Assembly (NCBI RefSeq): GCF_009914755.1
Contig: NC_060928.1
DNA from: the human T2T-CHM13v2.0 reference genome, Homo sapiens
Length of the DNA: 64,000 nt
Reading direction: 5' to 3' (one strand)
A program made the translations under genes and the position numbers. The notes beneath the pieces are model-generated. The model searched no databases. It worked only from the letters and a program-made list of their open reading frames with translations, and was not told the origin of the DNA. Positions 40,222 through 56,101 of the stretch are shown here, in pieces (the first letter of the stretch is position 1; every line of letters starts with the position of its first letter).

Positions 40222-43200
40222 CAAGTTTAGGAATTTAATTTGCATTATAGAACAACTTTTAATTAGACTTTGAACTTGATTTTCAGAAAACGCAGTAACA
40301 TAGCTACAAGACATACACACAACAGACACATACATCACACCTGTATACACCAAAAGTTTCTTTTAAGGAAGTCATGGAAGTGTTCTGGTCTCTTACCCAC
40401 TTTGAGCTGGGAATTTAAAAGCTTAAGCTCAGAAATTTTCTTTCCACAAGTTCTCCAGTGCACTTAAAAGCAACCAGTGAATTCCATCATATTCCTTATT
40501 TTTTTCCTAAGTGGTCTATACTAGCAGCTACTTGGTCACCCAAAGTGTTGCCTTCTTTAGGTACATTAACACAGTTGATTCTACATCCGGTGTTGGGCCT
40601 GAAGTTGTATGGGTGGGCCTGGCTGGCAGTTGGGAGAAAAAGTGAATGTTAAGTGTGGAAGAGTCGTGACAAACGGGAACCCACAAGGACAAATTGAGTT
40701 CTGTGTCTGCTACTGTCTCTAACCTTGATGGAATTGGTGGTCTGCAGGAGAAGTTGGCATCCTTCATCCCTGGGATGAACAGGCACTTGACCCAGGACTT
40801 GGAGAAGCTGAAGGAGCAGCCCCTGAAAGCCGAAAGGACCACAGGCTCTGCTGATGCTCCAAGGTGGAGCAGCAGATGCCCCCCAAATTATATGAACAAC
40901 GGCACCTGTTGTCTTACATAAACTTTTACAATGTAATAGCCACTGCTTTACCACCAACTTCCATATTGCTCTCAAATTTCTCTTGTGTCCAGGTCTAACT
41001 CTGAACCATACAGGAAGGGAATTCTGGGAAATATAGTTTCCACTTAGGTAACCCAATATGAAGCCACCATGTTATTCCTCCAATATTCTTTTCTCCTCCA
41101 TTTCTTTTCTCTGACCCCGTTGCCCTTGCATCAGAATCCTTCCTCTTCCTTCAGTGAAATGAACAAAAGTCTCTATACATTCAGCTCACTCAAAGAATTA
41201 TCTTGGGGGTAAGGGATTGTTTACAGGATCTCACATGCCTAATCTCTCCTCAAGCTTTAAGCTCCCTGATTGTGTGTGTGTGTGCATACATGTGTCTAGA
41301 TATACATATATATATAGAGTATATTTGTGTATAAATACAGGTATAGTATGTATGTGCATACATATGTGTGTATGTGTAAGATCAGATCCTTGTTTATTTT
41401 GAAATATCATATTCATATTTTATAAATAAAATTTTCCTGTGGAGAAATGAATAAACTAATGCTAAAATTCCAAATAAACATGAAAATATTAAGTGGTGGT
41501 TCCATTACAATAATGTAGACACTAGGATGCATTTCTGCCAGTAAGAATCAATTAAATTAAATCAGAGATCAAAAGATCTCATATTATAGTTCTTTACTTT
41601 CTTCATTTTTCTCCACTACGGTATAATTATATAAAGTAGAATTCCAAGAGTATGACTGCCAGGAAAGGTTTATTATCAACCTTCGCTGATGTCTCTTTGT
41701 TAAATCACTTCTAAAGTGAAGTTCTTATTCATTATTGAGATTCTATTTTATTAAAGATTGATTTTGAAAAAGGTTTCAGATTCTTATAACATTCCATCTT
41801 TGGTAATTTCACCTGCATTTGACATTTTATTAAAAAGAAACTAATTTTGCTTCTTGATGACTCACGGAGTTCTTCATATCAGACATTTCTTTGTAGAAAT
41901 TTGTTTATTTTATGAACTCATGGCCCCACACCATCACCCACACCTGAACACACATAAAAACTTAGTAAATAAATATGGTCTTCTGAGTCCTTCACTCTCC
42001 ACCATACTGCCACTGGGCCTATGGGCAAGTGTGGCAAAAGGTAGAACTCTACAATAATTACAGGGCAAGCGTCACTCCTTTTCTGTGCTCCTACTTGATT
42101 TTTCTCCGTTTTCCCCTTCTGCAACCCCCATTGACTCTGACTTCCTACCAGAAAGAGACTATATCTTCTTTCTGTACATCTTTGTACTTGGCTTAATGAG
42201 GCACTCCCCACTCCAGAGTCGTGTGATATGGATTCCTAGTGTTACTGGCATTTGAATTGGGAGCACTTAAAAAAAAATTCAAAACCCCAAATTTCTAGAC
42301 CTGTAAATGTAGCTCCCGGGCAGTGTGACAAAAAACACTACAAGGCCCTTGTACAGTACAGAGCTCTGCCTTCCCGCTTACTCATAAAGCCGACCCTTCC
42401 TATTGTACTTAGCAGGAATTGTGGAACACAACTGCATGGCCAGTGCCCAATTTCCCTAGACTGTGAAGGTAAAATAGGACAATTGTCTTCATAACTCTCT
42501 CTAATGAAATAATCCCTGTCCACCACAGTTTTACATATATATATATACACACAAACATACATATATACCAAAAAGTTTACTTCTATGCTGTTTTATAAAG
42601 ATGCGTGATTTCGTTCAATGCGCTTAAAAATGTATATACAATAACAATGCACAACCGTGAAGATAGATAAGCAGAGGATAGGTTTATCCTCTACCTTTCA
42701 ACATATGATGTAAGATCAGGGCCTGGATAAAGTACCCATGGTAATAATTTGTAAAAAGTTCTGGCAGCAACACTAGTCTTTGCTGAAAATCGCAAAATTG
42801 ATTCAAGAGAGATTGCAAGGGCAAAATAAAATGTAAATTTCAACCCAGTAAAAGCTGATTTAACATCTTTTAACATAAAACTTGTGGGACACTCTGCCTC
42901 AGCAGGCCATAACACCAGCTGAACATTCTGCATAATTAAAGTCGAGTATTCAAGGTGAGTGTTAACTACTGGATCTGTTTTTAATGTAAATGAATCTGGG
43001 TTTTGTTGGAAGCGAGGGCCTTACTGAACATTTATATCCTCTATTAGAAATATCTATTTATTTTAATTTTCACTGTTCTTTCCTTTTTACTATGTTTTAT
43101 AGAAAACATTGGTGTCTGAAGCCATACAATGAAGAATTTTCATAGATTATACTTGCAAAAGAAATACCAAAGTACCAGAAAGATTCTGTAAGACAAACCT

Positions 43201-43452
43201 AGGATGCAGACACTCTCTTCATTTCAAAAACTAGATATTTCCAGGGGCCTGAGAATCTAAACACTCCTCAAGCATTCAAGCAGACCAAATCAAGACGCTT
43301 CACATCTATGTCTTATTACTATTTTACAAATGAATGCAACGGTCTCATTTACAGACATCCTAGTAACCACCTCCCCTACCCCATTTTTTAAAGATTATTT
43401 AGCTCCTGGTTCACTTTCTCTTTCCCCATCATGATTTTCTATCCATATCTAT

Positions 43453-43938
43453 CAGTGGTTATCAACCTTCACTGCAAACTGAATCTCATAAGGAGCTTTT
43501 AAAAAGTGATTATAGGCTGGGCACGGTGGCTCACGCCTGTAATCCCAGCACTTTGGGAGGCGGAGGCCCCCGGATCACGAGGTCAGGAGATCGACACCAT
43601 CCTGGCTAACATGGTGAAACCCCGTCTCTACTAAAAATACAAAAAAATTAGCCAGGTGTGGTGGCTGGCGCCTGTAATCCCAGCTACTCAGGAGACTGAG
43701 GCAGGAGAAAGGCGTGAATCCGGGAGGCGGAGGTTGCAGTGAGCCGCGATAGCACCCCTGCACTCCAGCCTGGGCGACAGAGCGAGACTCCGTCTCAAAA
43801 AAAAAAAAAAAAGTGATTATAGGTCCCACTCTCAGAAATTCTGTTTTAATTTGTCTGAGATGGTGACTAGACTCTGGTATCTTTTTATGAAAAGCTCTCC
43901 AGGTAATTTTAATGAGCAGGCAGGATTGAGAATTGCTG
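43453..43938 (+). mobile_element. MER5-type hAT MITE split by an Alu
   Basis: CAGTGGTTATCAACCTT..GGAGCTTTTAAAAA [Alu] ..CAGAAATTCTGTTTTAATT..CCAGGTAATTTTAATG..GATTGAGAATTGCTG. Confidence 0.75.
43515..43810 (+). mobile_element. AluY/AluSc-like SINE
   Basis: GAGATCGACACCATCCTGGCTAAC..GGCGTGAATCCGGGAGGCGG; TSD AAAAAGTGATTATA on both sides; many CpGs retained. Confidence 0.96.
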
Positions 43939-44039
43939 AGGCAGATAATTCTCTCTACACTGGATTCCTTATTCCTAATCTTCCATGCTCCAGATATCAC
44001 ATACTTTACTTACTTCATTCGTCCACTCCCATGGTTATT

Positions 44040-44108
44040 TTAGGTTGGTGCAAAAGTAATTGTGGTCTTTTAATGGCAAAAACCGCAATTACTTTTGCAC
44101 CAACCTAA
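44040..44108. mobile_element. MADE1 MITE with short internal deletion, miR-548-type hairpin
   Basis: TTAGGTTGGTGCAAAAGTAATTGTGGT...ACCGCAATTACTTTTGCACCAACCTAA followed by TA. Confidence 0.95.
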
Positions 44109-44935
44109 TACAATAGAGCTTAGCATTATCTGCAGTCCTCCATAATGTCAATTTTAAGCACTCGACTTCCTTTACTAGATCTTTTTCCAAAATTCTTAGG
44201 GCCTACTTTGGCACTCCATTGGCCACCACCTTTAAGCCAAAACTCCCCTCCTCATGTCTTCACTGCCCAGAATAATAATCACTCTTCTGTATAAACCATA
44301 ACTCTCTTCTCTGTCTCACCTTCCCTTGTTTATGCCTTACAAAACCACAATAATGGATAAATCTTTAAGTTCCCGCGTTGACCTGTATCTCGTGTGGCTG
44401 GAGAAAAACACAACTATGTTTGTCTCTCTTTAAATCCTTGACCGCTAACAACAAGTGAGTCCTTAGAACTTTCTAGCAATCCAATTTTATTTCCCTTCTT
44501 AATTCACTCTCCTACTGTCCTAGTCGATTATTTTATACTTTTATTCTCCTCACATTTCTAATACCATTTCAATTTTCTTCATTCTCAAGTAATGGCCTTG
44601 CTTGTCATTTTAATAAGCAATTAGAAACCATCAGGAAATGAACTTCCACAATGATTATATTTGCCTCTGTATTTGTGTTCTTCGATTTTTTCTTCTTAGT
44701 CCTTAGCATCTGATACTGTCTTTTGCACATAATAGGTGCCTAAAAATCATTTGAGTTGAGCTGAACCTGACTGAACTATAGTATAGTCTCCTTGAACACA
44801 CACTTCCTGGGCATTGAGGTGAGAGTAGACAAGAAACAGAGTAGGGAGACATGGGAAGACAGCCCAGGGCTTGGAGTTTTTTAATTGCTGTGAACAATCA
44901 AACAGTCAATTAATGTTACCTTGAGTGTTTGTTGA

Positions 44936-45310
<375 letters not shown>

Positions 45311-47659
45311 CATCATCTGCTTTTGTGATTGTTCCTAGCAATTAAAAATTCCAAGTCTTTGATCATGTGCTTTACCTGATTCCAAGTTTCAGTAGTGAAA
45401 TCCTCTAAGAATTAAAACAAGAAGATTTCTGCTTTTTGTTTTTGTCCTGAGAGAATTTCACCAGTGAAACTCAGAATCAGATAAAGCACATGACCAAGAG
45501 ACATCATTATTATATAAGCTTATACAAAACTAATTTTGCTGCTGTCAGCATGTGCTTCAGAACTTCCTCTTTCATGTGAAAACAGGGTGAGCACTCCACC
45601 AAACTCTTAGGCATCTATTTCTGATCATCGGGGTCTTTTCTCACAATGTACTTTCTTTCAATGTTGGTAAAATTTCTCAATCCAGTATTTTTCAGAACTC
45701 TGAGATTAAAGTAGACTGATATCCTTCACAATGTCTTGTTCTTATTTTGGAGTAGATAATGGTCTTAAACCTTTCTTTAAAATGTGTGTTGCTAAAATTT
45801 GAACCACTTATCCCAATGATAATGGTCAACATTTATTTCAGAGTCCTAATTTAATCTTCTCAACAACCTTATGAAGCAGCTTATTATTACCATCCTCATT
45901 ACCATATTATAAATAAGAAAATTGTGAATCAAAGAACTTATCTAATGTGTCTAAGATTACACAACTGAAAACTGGTGACCCTAGAGGTAAACCCAGGTAG
46001 TTTGGCTCCAGGGATACCACCCTTACCCCTAAGTAATAGGTGTCCCACATGTCCACCCCAGTTGTGCCTATGTGAGTAATGCGTGCCAGTGGCTAACTAG
46101 GACTTGCACTTTCGCTATTTTAAAAGATGAGAGTAGCTATGGAAAGCCTCTTTTAGAAACACTATGTGCCACTTTACTCAAATATCTAGGAAATCACTTA
46201 TTTTGTGCAGATGCTGAACCTGCCTGAACAATTGCTCTGTCTCTGATTCCCAGTAGGATACCAAAGATGCTCTTGAAATAGAGAATCAGATCCCAAGTGA
46301 AACAGAGATCTAGTAGCCCATGCTGAGTAAGCAGGATAGCCAGTGGAATGCACAAACATAGGAGCAGAGATCATAATTCCTGCCTTTTGTGGGAGTCCAT
46401 CAGACCTATATTGTTAAATGCATGGGATATCTAAAAATAAGGAATAGTAATTGATGCGTCCAGGAAGACTCATCTTTCTCTCCTTTTTAATTGTGCTTCC
46501 AAATTCATCTTCCTGAATATTATGATATTTTCTTCTTCATTTGTATTTATTTATTGTTGTTTTTATTCCTAAAGGTTTTCAAAATGGTGTCTTATTTTGG
46601 AGCACCCAAGATGTCTTCTTTTTCTCCTTTGATGGATCTCTTTGGAGAAGAGACCAAAAAAAAATAGTTTAGCGCTATTGTTGGGGACACACAATGCATT
46701 CTCATCAAAATTCTGAAAAATATTAGGGCAGCTATGGGAAGTTCCACTGTACAAGCTGCTATAATAATTATTTTTAAATATGTCTCTTAAAAATCACAAA
46801 GAAAGCTTTATGGAAGATGAATACAAAAATAGCAAAGAAAAAATTTTCTAGAATATTTATCTCAAACGAACATCCCCAGGAGGATGTAGTAGGAAGGAAG
46901 AGTTTAACCAGAACCAGTAACTAGAAATATAAACCTTTTTGGTTGTAAAGAAAACCACAAGATAGAATTTAATGCAAAATCACATGAATTGAAGCAGGAA
47001 GTTTGACATGAAATAATCTCTACCTGGGCTGCAAACTTCACTTTTTACCTTCATCTTCACAGGAGATCAAATTGACATTGAAATCAAAAGCAGATTTCTC
47101 TATAATTCAAAATAATGTCAGTGTATCACATTTAGCCTAATGCTATAACTCTGGTCAAGAATTATTCAGTTATATACCCAGGAGGTATACACAGGAGTAC
47201 ATAAAAGTATTGTTGGTTGATGCTTGCCTGCCTGCATAATCCAGATCTCTTACTCTAAATTTCTCATTCCAACTATAAAATGCAAATGTTAATATGGTTT
47301 GGTAAAGATAAAAGTCAGTATAACCTAAATCCAAGGATATCAGCATCTACATTGTCCAGAAATATATCCAGGACATTTCTGAATTTGGCTAGTTATGAAA
47401 AACAATTAGATACTGCTATAATTTTCAGTCAGATGACTTTCATTTCTACTTAAAGAGTGAAACATCTTAGAAATTAGAACTGAAGAAAGTTTGTACTTTA
47501 TGGTACATTTGTAAGACATAAGATGTGTAAAGGATAGCATAAAAGTATTAGGACTTTGCCTCTATGAAAAATAGCGAATTCTTTAATTTTTATATGCAAT
47601 AGTTCTGAGTGTTCCTTATTGCAAAACAACTTTCAGCAATGTTGTCTGGATTGTGAGGT

Positions 47660-48340
47660 CCTGAAAATAGATTCCAGACCAAGTTGATGGCAGTGAAAGT
47701 ATTGAGAAGCAACAAATTCTAGATATATTTTAAAGACAAAGCCACAGTATTTCCTAACAGAAGGAATATGAGATGTAAAGACAAGAAAAGACTCAAAATC
47801 ACTATAAGATTTTTGTCCTAAGATCCTAGAAGGATGGAGCTGACATCAACAGAGATAGGGAAAGCCACAAATGGAACTGGTTTCAATGGGAAGAGCTGGA
47901 GTTCAGTTTTGAATATGTTGACTTTGAAATGTTTGTTTGACATTCAAGTGGAGATGTGGAGGAGACAGTTGAACATACAGGTGTGGAATTTAAGACGTCT
48001 AGGAATGGAAATAAAACTTAGAAACTTGTTGGCATATGAACGAAGGATATTTAAAGCTATGAGAATATGTGAAGTTACCAAGGAAGTGAACAGAGATGTT
48101 GAAAAGAAAAGAACAAAAAACTGAACCATGAAACACTCTAACATGAAGTGCTCAGGAAAACCAGAAGCACTCAGCAATGAGAATGAGAAGGCACAGTATG
48201 TGAGATAGGGAAAGCCAGGAGAGTGAGAACTCTTGGAAGCCAGCTGAAGAATGAGTATTATGGAGAAGGGAGTTGGAGGATAGAGAACTATACATTGTAC
48301 CTCGAAATGTGGAAGTTATTGATGACATTGATTAAGTTGG
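47660..48340 (-). mobile_element. L2 LINE remnant
   Basis: GGAGTTCAGTTTTGAATATGTTGACTTTGAAATG..CATTCAAGTGGAGATGTGGAGGAGACAGTTGAA. Confidence 0.8.
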
Positions 48341-48382
48341 AAAAGCAGAAGAAAACGTTTAACATTTAAAATGCTGACTAGT

Positions 48383-48885
48383 TGTGGTAGGCAGAAAAAC
48401 AGGCTTTCAAAGATGTCCATGTTCTAATCCCCAGAACCTATAAATATGTTATATAACACAGCCAAGGGGAATTAAAGTTGTAGATGGATTCTAATCAGCT
48501 AACCTTAAAAGGAGAGATTATCCTGGATTATCCAAGTGAGCCAGTGTAGCCACGAGCGTGCCTAAAAGTGGAAAAGGAAGGTGGAAAACGAGGTCAGAGT
48601 GATGTAGTGTGAGAGGGATGTAACATGCCATTGATGGTTTTGAATGGAGGAAGTGGGCCATGAGTCACAGAATGTGAGCAGCCTTTGGCAGCTGGAGAAG
48701 GCAGGGAGATTAATTCTTCTCTAGAGCCTTTTAGAAAAGTACACAACCCTGCCAACACCTTGATTTTAGCCTAATTAAGACCCTTATCCTACTTCTGACC
48801 TATATTCCTATAAAATAATAAGTTCATATTATTTTAAGCTACCAAGGATATGGTAATTTGTTATAGTAGCAATAGAGAACGACAA
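48383..48885 (+). mobile_element. MLT1D-type MaLR solo LTR
   Basis: TGTGGTAGGCAGAA..AAAGATGTCCATGTTCTAATCCCCAGAACCT..GAGATTATCCTGGATTATCC..GGTAATTTGTTATAGTAGCAATAG. Confidence 0.88.
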
Positions 48886-49262
48886 TAAGATGTTCATTGT
48901 ATCACGTACTTGCCTTAATTTTTAGTCTTTAAGGTCTTATGACTTTCACAGTTCAATTGTAAATACATTTGTGGTTTAATGTTGCTGAGGCTACTCTTTC
49001 ATAATCAATGTAAAAATAAGTTACAAAAACTAAGCAACAGATACATAATAACAATAAAAACTCAACATGAAATAATTATTGCTACACATTTCAAAGTCCA
49101 AAATGGATAAGAAATGTAAATTCAAAACAGAGATTTGAGAGAGCAGTTAATAATAGTTTTTCCATGTTCATAGGGCATATGAAAAGTTAAAATGATTAAA
49201 AGTAACAACAGAAAATGTTTTGACAAGCAATATTCTTCAGTAGAATAAAAACAAAACACATC

Positions 49263-49619
<357 letters not shown>

Positions 49620-50047
49620 TTAAAATATGATCCAAACTGTGGAGTATGAGGGAGAAAGAATGAGTCCGTGAAACAGAAGGCAATGCAAGCACAATGACAA
49701 GCATATAATTCTATTTAAAAACGTCTGTGAGACCATAATCTCCCTTCACTTCTCCCTGTCTCAGAGAATATCATCATCACCCACAGCTTGCCCAAATAAC
49801 AAATGCTGGCATCAGCTTCAATTTCTCCTTCTTCCTTTGTCATCAACTCCCATCCCTCCAATGCCCTAAAATCTCTCTATCCTCCCAGCTGTGTATCTAG
49901 TTTGGGCCACCACCACAATTTACCTGATTTATTGTAAAGCTTCCCAACTTCTCTCCTGGTTCCTGGTCGTCTCCTTTCCATGTTCCATTCTTCAAACCTC
50001 TTCCAAGGTGATCATTTTAAAGCACAAATCAAATCATATATCCCTAG

Positions 50048-50698
<651 letters not shown>

Positions 50699-50984
50699 TA
50701 ACATCCCATAACCATATACTATTTTGTAATTGCCTATTTATTTCCCTGTCTCCACTACTAAAATGTTAATTCCTTATAAGGCAGTAACTTGATCCTGAAC
50801 AGTAAATGAACTATTACACCATGCAAAATGCCTCATACATAGTAGGCTCTCAATAAAGATTTTTCAAACAACAAGTAAAAAATGTATAACATATTTATAA
50901 AAAAAAGAAGAAGAAAAAGAAGAGAGTGTAAATCTCACTAATTGTTTCCAACTCTGACTAGATGCTGACATTTTCTAGAATGAA

Positions 50985-51359
50985 TGTCTTAGTGTATTTG
51001 GCCTGTTATAGCAAAATGTCATAAACTGCATGGCTTACGAATAACAGAATTTATTCCTCTCAATTCTAGAGGCTGGGAAGTCCTGGAACAAGTTGCCAGC
51101 AGAGATGTCTGGTGGGGATTCACTTCCTGGTTCATAGACGGCTGTCTTCTCACTGTGTCCTCACATGGCAGAAGGGATAAGGAAGTTCTCTGTGGTCTCT
51201 TTCATAAGGGCACTCATCCCATTCATGAGGGCTTTGCCTTCCCAATCTAATTACTTTCCAAATGCCACACCTCCTAATACCATCACACAGGGGATTAATA
51301 TTTCCACATATGGATTTTGGTGGGGTGTTGGTGGGGACACAAACATTCAGTATATAGCA
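50985..51359 (-). mobile_element. MLT1A0-type MaLR solo LTR
   Basis: TGTCTTAG...CTGTGTCCTCACATGGCAGAAGGG..ATCCCATTCATGAGGG...GACACAAACATTCAGTATATAGCA; near-TSD ATGAA/ATGAG. Confidence 0.9.
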
Positions 51360-54300
51360 ATGAGGTAAGTAAAGTTTCGCTTAAGAAACCAACACTAATA
51401 AATTTTATAGCTTTTTATCCTCAGCGGAATGCCAAGTAGATGTGCAACACTTAAAGTTACCTTTCTTCAAATGAGCCTCAGCAATATTAACGAATAATCA
51501 CAAGATTTCCTGCTTTTCCTTCAGGAAGCAGTGCTAAAATGTTAGTCATGTAAAAAAGAGGGCCTCGTTATTTCTCCCCTCTTCCTCTACTGTGTAGGTT
51601 TAACACAGCAGATGCTTTTCCCTCCCCCAGCCCACCTTCTATTTCTTCTCTCCTAGCCTACCATTTCCCTAGGTTGAATCTAACTCATTATTGATGCTGA
51701 CTATATAGCTGAGCCTAACATAGATTTGGCTTCCGAATTCTTCTAAGAAATATACAAAGTATATTTTCTTTTGCCATTTTTACTATGTTAACCAATAGGA
51801 AGAGCTTGACCTGATTTCTAGCTAAATATTCTTTGGAAAGTTACAAAACCAGATTTCCCCTAATTCCCTAGCTGTACATTTTCATGACATTAAAGTATTT
51901 GGAGGTTTAATTATTTGATTGTGGAAACCATTTGCAGATAAACGAGATACTGAAATGGTTACTATTATAATTTGACTATTCTCTGAATGTTATCTTGTTC
52001 TTGCATTACCAGTACAAATGCAGCAGAGTGGTGGAAATTTTGCAGTTCTACAATGTAAACATTCTCAGACATTAAACAACACTGTGAAGGGCCAAAGTGG
52101 TGATCAGTCTCAGTAAATACCATTTAGAATGGCTTTTGTTTCACAAGCTCCAACAAACAGAAATGTGCCCCCTATATGACTTTACATTTTAGCACTAAGA
52201 TACATTATTGGAAGTAGATCTTATTGTTACCGGAAATTAGTAATTATTCTCCAACCACATAGTGCCCATTGTGTATTATGGTTTTTAATCATAAAAACAG
52301 GGAAAGTGTTTAGTTCTTATGGTCTGGTTCAAAACTATTGTACATCATACCCAGTAGTTTTCAACCTAATGACAAAAAGTCAAGTAGAACAGAATAAACT
52401 TTAGGAAAGAAATCTACCAATACTTTATATAAGCAGTCATGCAATAAAGGACTTATTGGATTATAGCTTCTCTGTGCTTCCTAATTAACTAGTCAACTTA
52501 TATGCAAAATATGAGACTGAATTTCTCTGTGACTCTACATACATTGTCATCATCTTTGTATCACAGCTGACAGCTCTTTTATGACAAATTTTGTTCTGAA
52601 AAAGTTAATCAAAATTCCATTTCCAAAATCATTAATATTTAGTATTGTTGCATTAAGTCTTATTTTTAGTAAGGCAGAAATTTTTTCCATGTAAGAGAAT
52701 ATAAAAGACTCTTTTAAAAATTATCCCAAGAGTTTTATTTCATTCACTAAATCATATTAACAATTTGCTAAGCAAAGTCGCTGCTGGAACAGATCATTAA
52801 ATAGAAGGTAAAACCTTAGCATGCCCACCTCTGATTCCAGGATGTTGGACATTACTATGATTCTGAATAATTAGCTCAATACAGAAAAAAAAGCACAGTA
52901 ATAACTATCACTTGACAACTACCATGTCATGTCTATGTTTCCATAGAGATACAGTCATTTAATTCCTTTGCCTAACAGTCACCGTTTTAAAGTCTAATCT
53001 GAGCATCTGTCTTTGGATCAATCAGATTTATGCATTTATATTTATTATAATTACTGGTACCTTTGGATTTATTTCTGACAGACTATTTTATATTTCTATT
53101 TACCACATTTTCTGATTATTTCCCCCCTCTCCTTTTCTATATTCCACTGGAGAGACTATTCTGCTGCTGCTCTGTTTATATTCTTCCAGTAGTTACCACT
53201 AGCTTATTGATAGTACACATCTGTTTACTTTTCCTTACCATTTTAAAGCCTATCCATAGCTAAACTGTGCTTTTTAAAAAATGATAGCTGCTAGCTGAGA
53301 GGGTAAATTTCTGTTGATTAGAAAAAGGCAACCCTTCCTCAAGAAAATAATCATTTAAAAATTGTCTAGAGGGTTTTCCAGAGCCCTGGCAGGCAATAGC
53401 CTTACCTAGCTAACGTGTCCACACTTGCTAGCATCTCAGCAGCTCAGGCAGCACACAGCAGACCATGCTTCACCCTCGCCCCATTCCACAAGTAAGGCAG
53501 TAATGTGAGGGGCAGAAACGAAGGCCCCACTTAGCTCTTTAAGATGTGTCTATCTCAGATGTGACACTCTTGTTCAGCATATGCAGTAGTATGCAGTACT
53601 CAAGCATAAACTCACCTCTTTGGTCTCTCCTCCCACTTGTGTGGTCATCACATAAAATAATTCTTTTTATTCCGTATGTATTTTAACTTGTTTTGGTCCT
53701 TTATTATTTAAACTGTAAGCTTGATTAAGTTACTTACTCGTCCTAATTTCCCTTATCTCAAAGTATCCTGCATGAATGTCTTTTCTTGTTTAAGTACTTT
53801 GTCTTAGCAGAAATTGCTTCTCCTTATTGCAGCTAGGCTTGATGTTCTCCAACTACTCATCGCCAATGCTGCACTGGAAGCAGGTTAGCAACCCAACAGG
53901 CAGGTCAAGTTGTGACAATTCTCTGGAATTGTTGGAAAACCAACAATCACACAACTGGGAAGCTAAAGAAAAAGTAATGAACAGGGCAAATTTAAAAACC
54001 CAGAAAGTTGAGTGTTCTTACCAAGTTTCAGTTGAGTAAATGCTGAATAAAACTACTCCTCGGATTGTTGCAAGCTTTTAGTTAATGTTCAATGTTTGGA
54101 AAAAGTTGATTTTGATATTTTTTGCCAGTATTGTTGTTTTTATGGAAAAATAGGTTTTTGGAGGTCTTTGCTCCATCTTTCTGGAAGTGCTTCTCAGTAC
54201 ATCATATTCTGAATTTCTTTATATAAAAACAAATGTAGGTGTTCCCGGTAACCTATTTTTCTTCAAGTCAAAGATTATTAGCATTACAATTTGAAAAGGT

Positions 54301-54870
54301 TAAGATAAAATAATTTCAACTATGTTCAACAGTAAGCATTAAAAAAGAAGCAAAGAAGAAAACCTTCATGAATGAATACATAATCTAGGGTGCAACAGTC
54401 ATCTTTTGATTTTAGTTTCCTTAGAACCTTTCACTTTGGTTTTACTAACATACAAGGAATTTTAGAATTATTCAGATTTTATTCAAAATTATTGTATCTT
54501 TGAAGCAAAAACAAATTTTATATTTAATTCTAAATATTTAATATGATTTATATTGAAGTACATTTTTATAAAGCCCTTTACTTTTACCCTAAAGGGGTAT
54601 GAAATTTTTTCTAAAATATTACTGTTAATATTAATCTGTAGCCAAAAAAGTAGGATATTTGTTAGTTCTTATTACACTTTTGTGAATCCAAGTATTATTA
54701 AATTGTTAAAATATTTTAGACACTTAAAAGTGAGTAAACTACAGAAAATCAGATGAATTTGTATTTTGAATACATGAAATAGAAAAACTAAGAACAATAC
54801 AACTAATACGCAACAAGTTTTCTGAAAAATATATTTGAATGGTAAGTGTTAATCAGAAAGGGAAATCTTC

Positions 54871-56101
54871 CTTATAGATTCTGGGTATTAGAACTTTGTC
54901 AGATGCATAGTTGGCAAATATTTTTCTCCCATTCTGTAGGTTGTCTGTTTACTCTGTTTATAGTTTCTTTTGTTATGCAGAAGATCCTTAGTTTAATTAG
55001 GTCCCAATTGTCAATTGTTTTTGTTGCCTTTGTTTTTGAGGACTTAGTCATAAATTCTCAATGTAGTCCAGTGTCCAGAGAGGAACTTAAATAAATCATG
55101 GAGAAAAAAATATATATATCAGGAGGCTGAGGTGAGAGGATGTCTTGAGCCCTGGAGGCGGAGGTTGCAGTCGAGCTGAGATTGTGCCACTGCACTCCAC
55201 CCTGGGTGATAGAGCCAGACCTTGTCTCAAAATAAAATAAAATAACCCCATTAAAACTACACAAAGGATATGAACAGATACTTCTCAAAAGAAGATGTAC
55301 AACCAGCTAACTAACATATTAAAAAATGCTCAACATCACTAATTATCAGAGAAATGCAAATCAAAACCACAATGAGATACCACCTTACGCTAGTCAGAAT
55401 GGCTATGAAATGACTAAAAAGTCAAAAAATAACAGATGTGGGCAAGGTTGTAAACAAAAGGGAACACTCATGTACACTGTTGGTGGAATTGTAAATTAGT
55501 TCAGCTCCTGTGAAAAGCAGTTTGGAGATATCTTGAAGAACTAAAAACAGAACTACTTTTTCACCCAGCAATTCCATTACTGAGTATGTACCCAAAAGAA
55601 AATAAATCATTCTACAAAAAGACACCCACACTAGTGTATTTATCACAGCACCATCCACAATAGCAAAGACATAGAATCAACCTAGATACCCACCAACAGT
55701 GGACTGAATAAAGAAAATGTGGTACATGCACACCATGAAATACTACACAGTCATAAAAAAGAACAAAATCAAGTCCTTTGCAGCAACATGGATGCAACTG
55801 AAGACCACTGTCCTAAGAAAATTAATGCAGAAACAGAAAACCAAACACTACATGTTCTCACTTAAAAGTGGAAGCAAAATTGGGTACACATGGACATAAA
55901 GATGGTAACAATAGACACTGGGGACTCCAAAAGAGGCTAGGGTGGGAAAGGTGCAAGAGCTGAAAAACTACCTATTGGGTACTATGTTTACTATTTGGGC
56001 GATGGGTTTAATTGAAACCCAAACCTCAGCATTATGCAATATATCCATATAATATACTTGCACATATACTCCCTGAATCTAAAATTTTTAAAAAATTTTA
56101 A
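54871..56101 (+). mobile_element. 5'-inverted (twin-primed) truncated L1, L1PA15/16-like, with an AluJ right-arm fragment inside (55119-55245)
   Basis: Antisense ORF2 segment 54868-55080 then sense segment from 55081 to the 3' end; TSD AGAAAGGGAAA(T)CTTC at 54855-54870 and 56102-56116. Confidence 0.88.

Noticed and set aside
40528-41056. Overlapping ORFs of 104 and 135 aa
   Set aside because: They lie in an ERVL LTR-like remnant; no domain similarity recognisable
42673-42692. Small hairpin AGAGGATA-GGTT-TATCCTCT
   Set aside because: An 8-bp stem is expected by chance in 64 kb; no RNA-gene context
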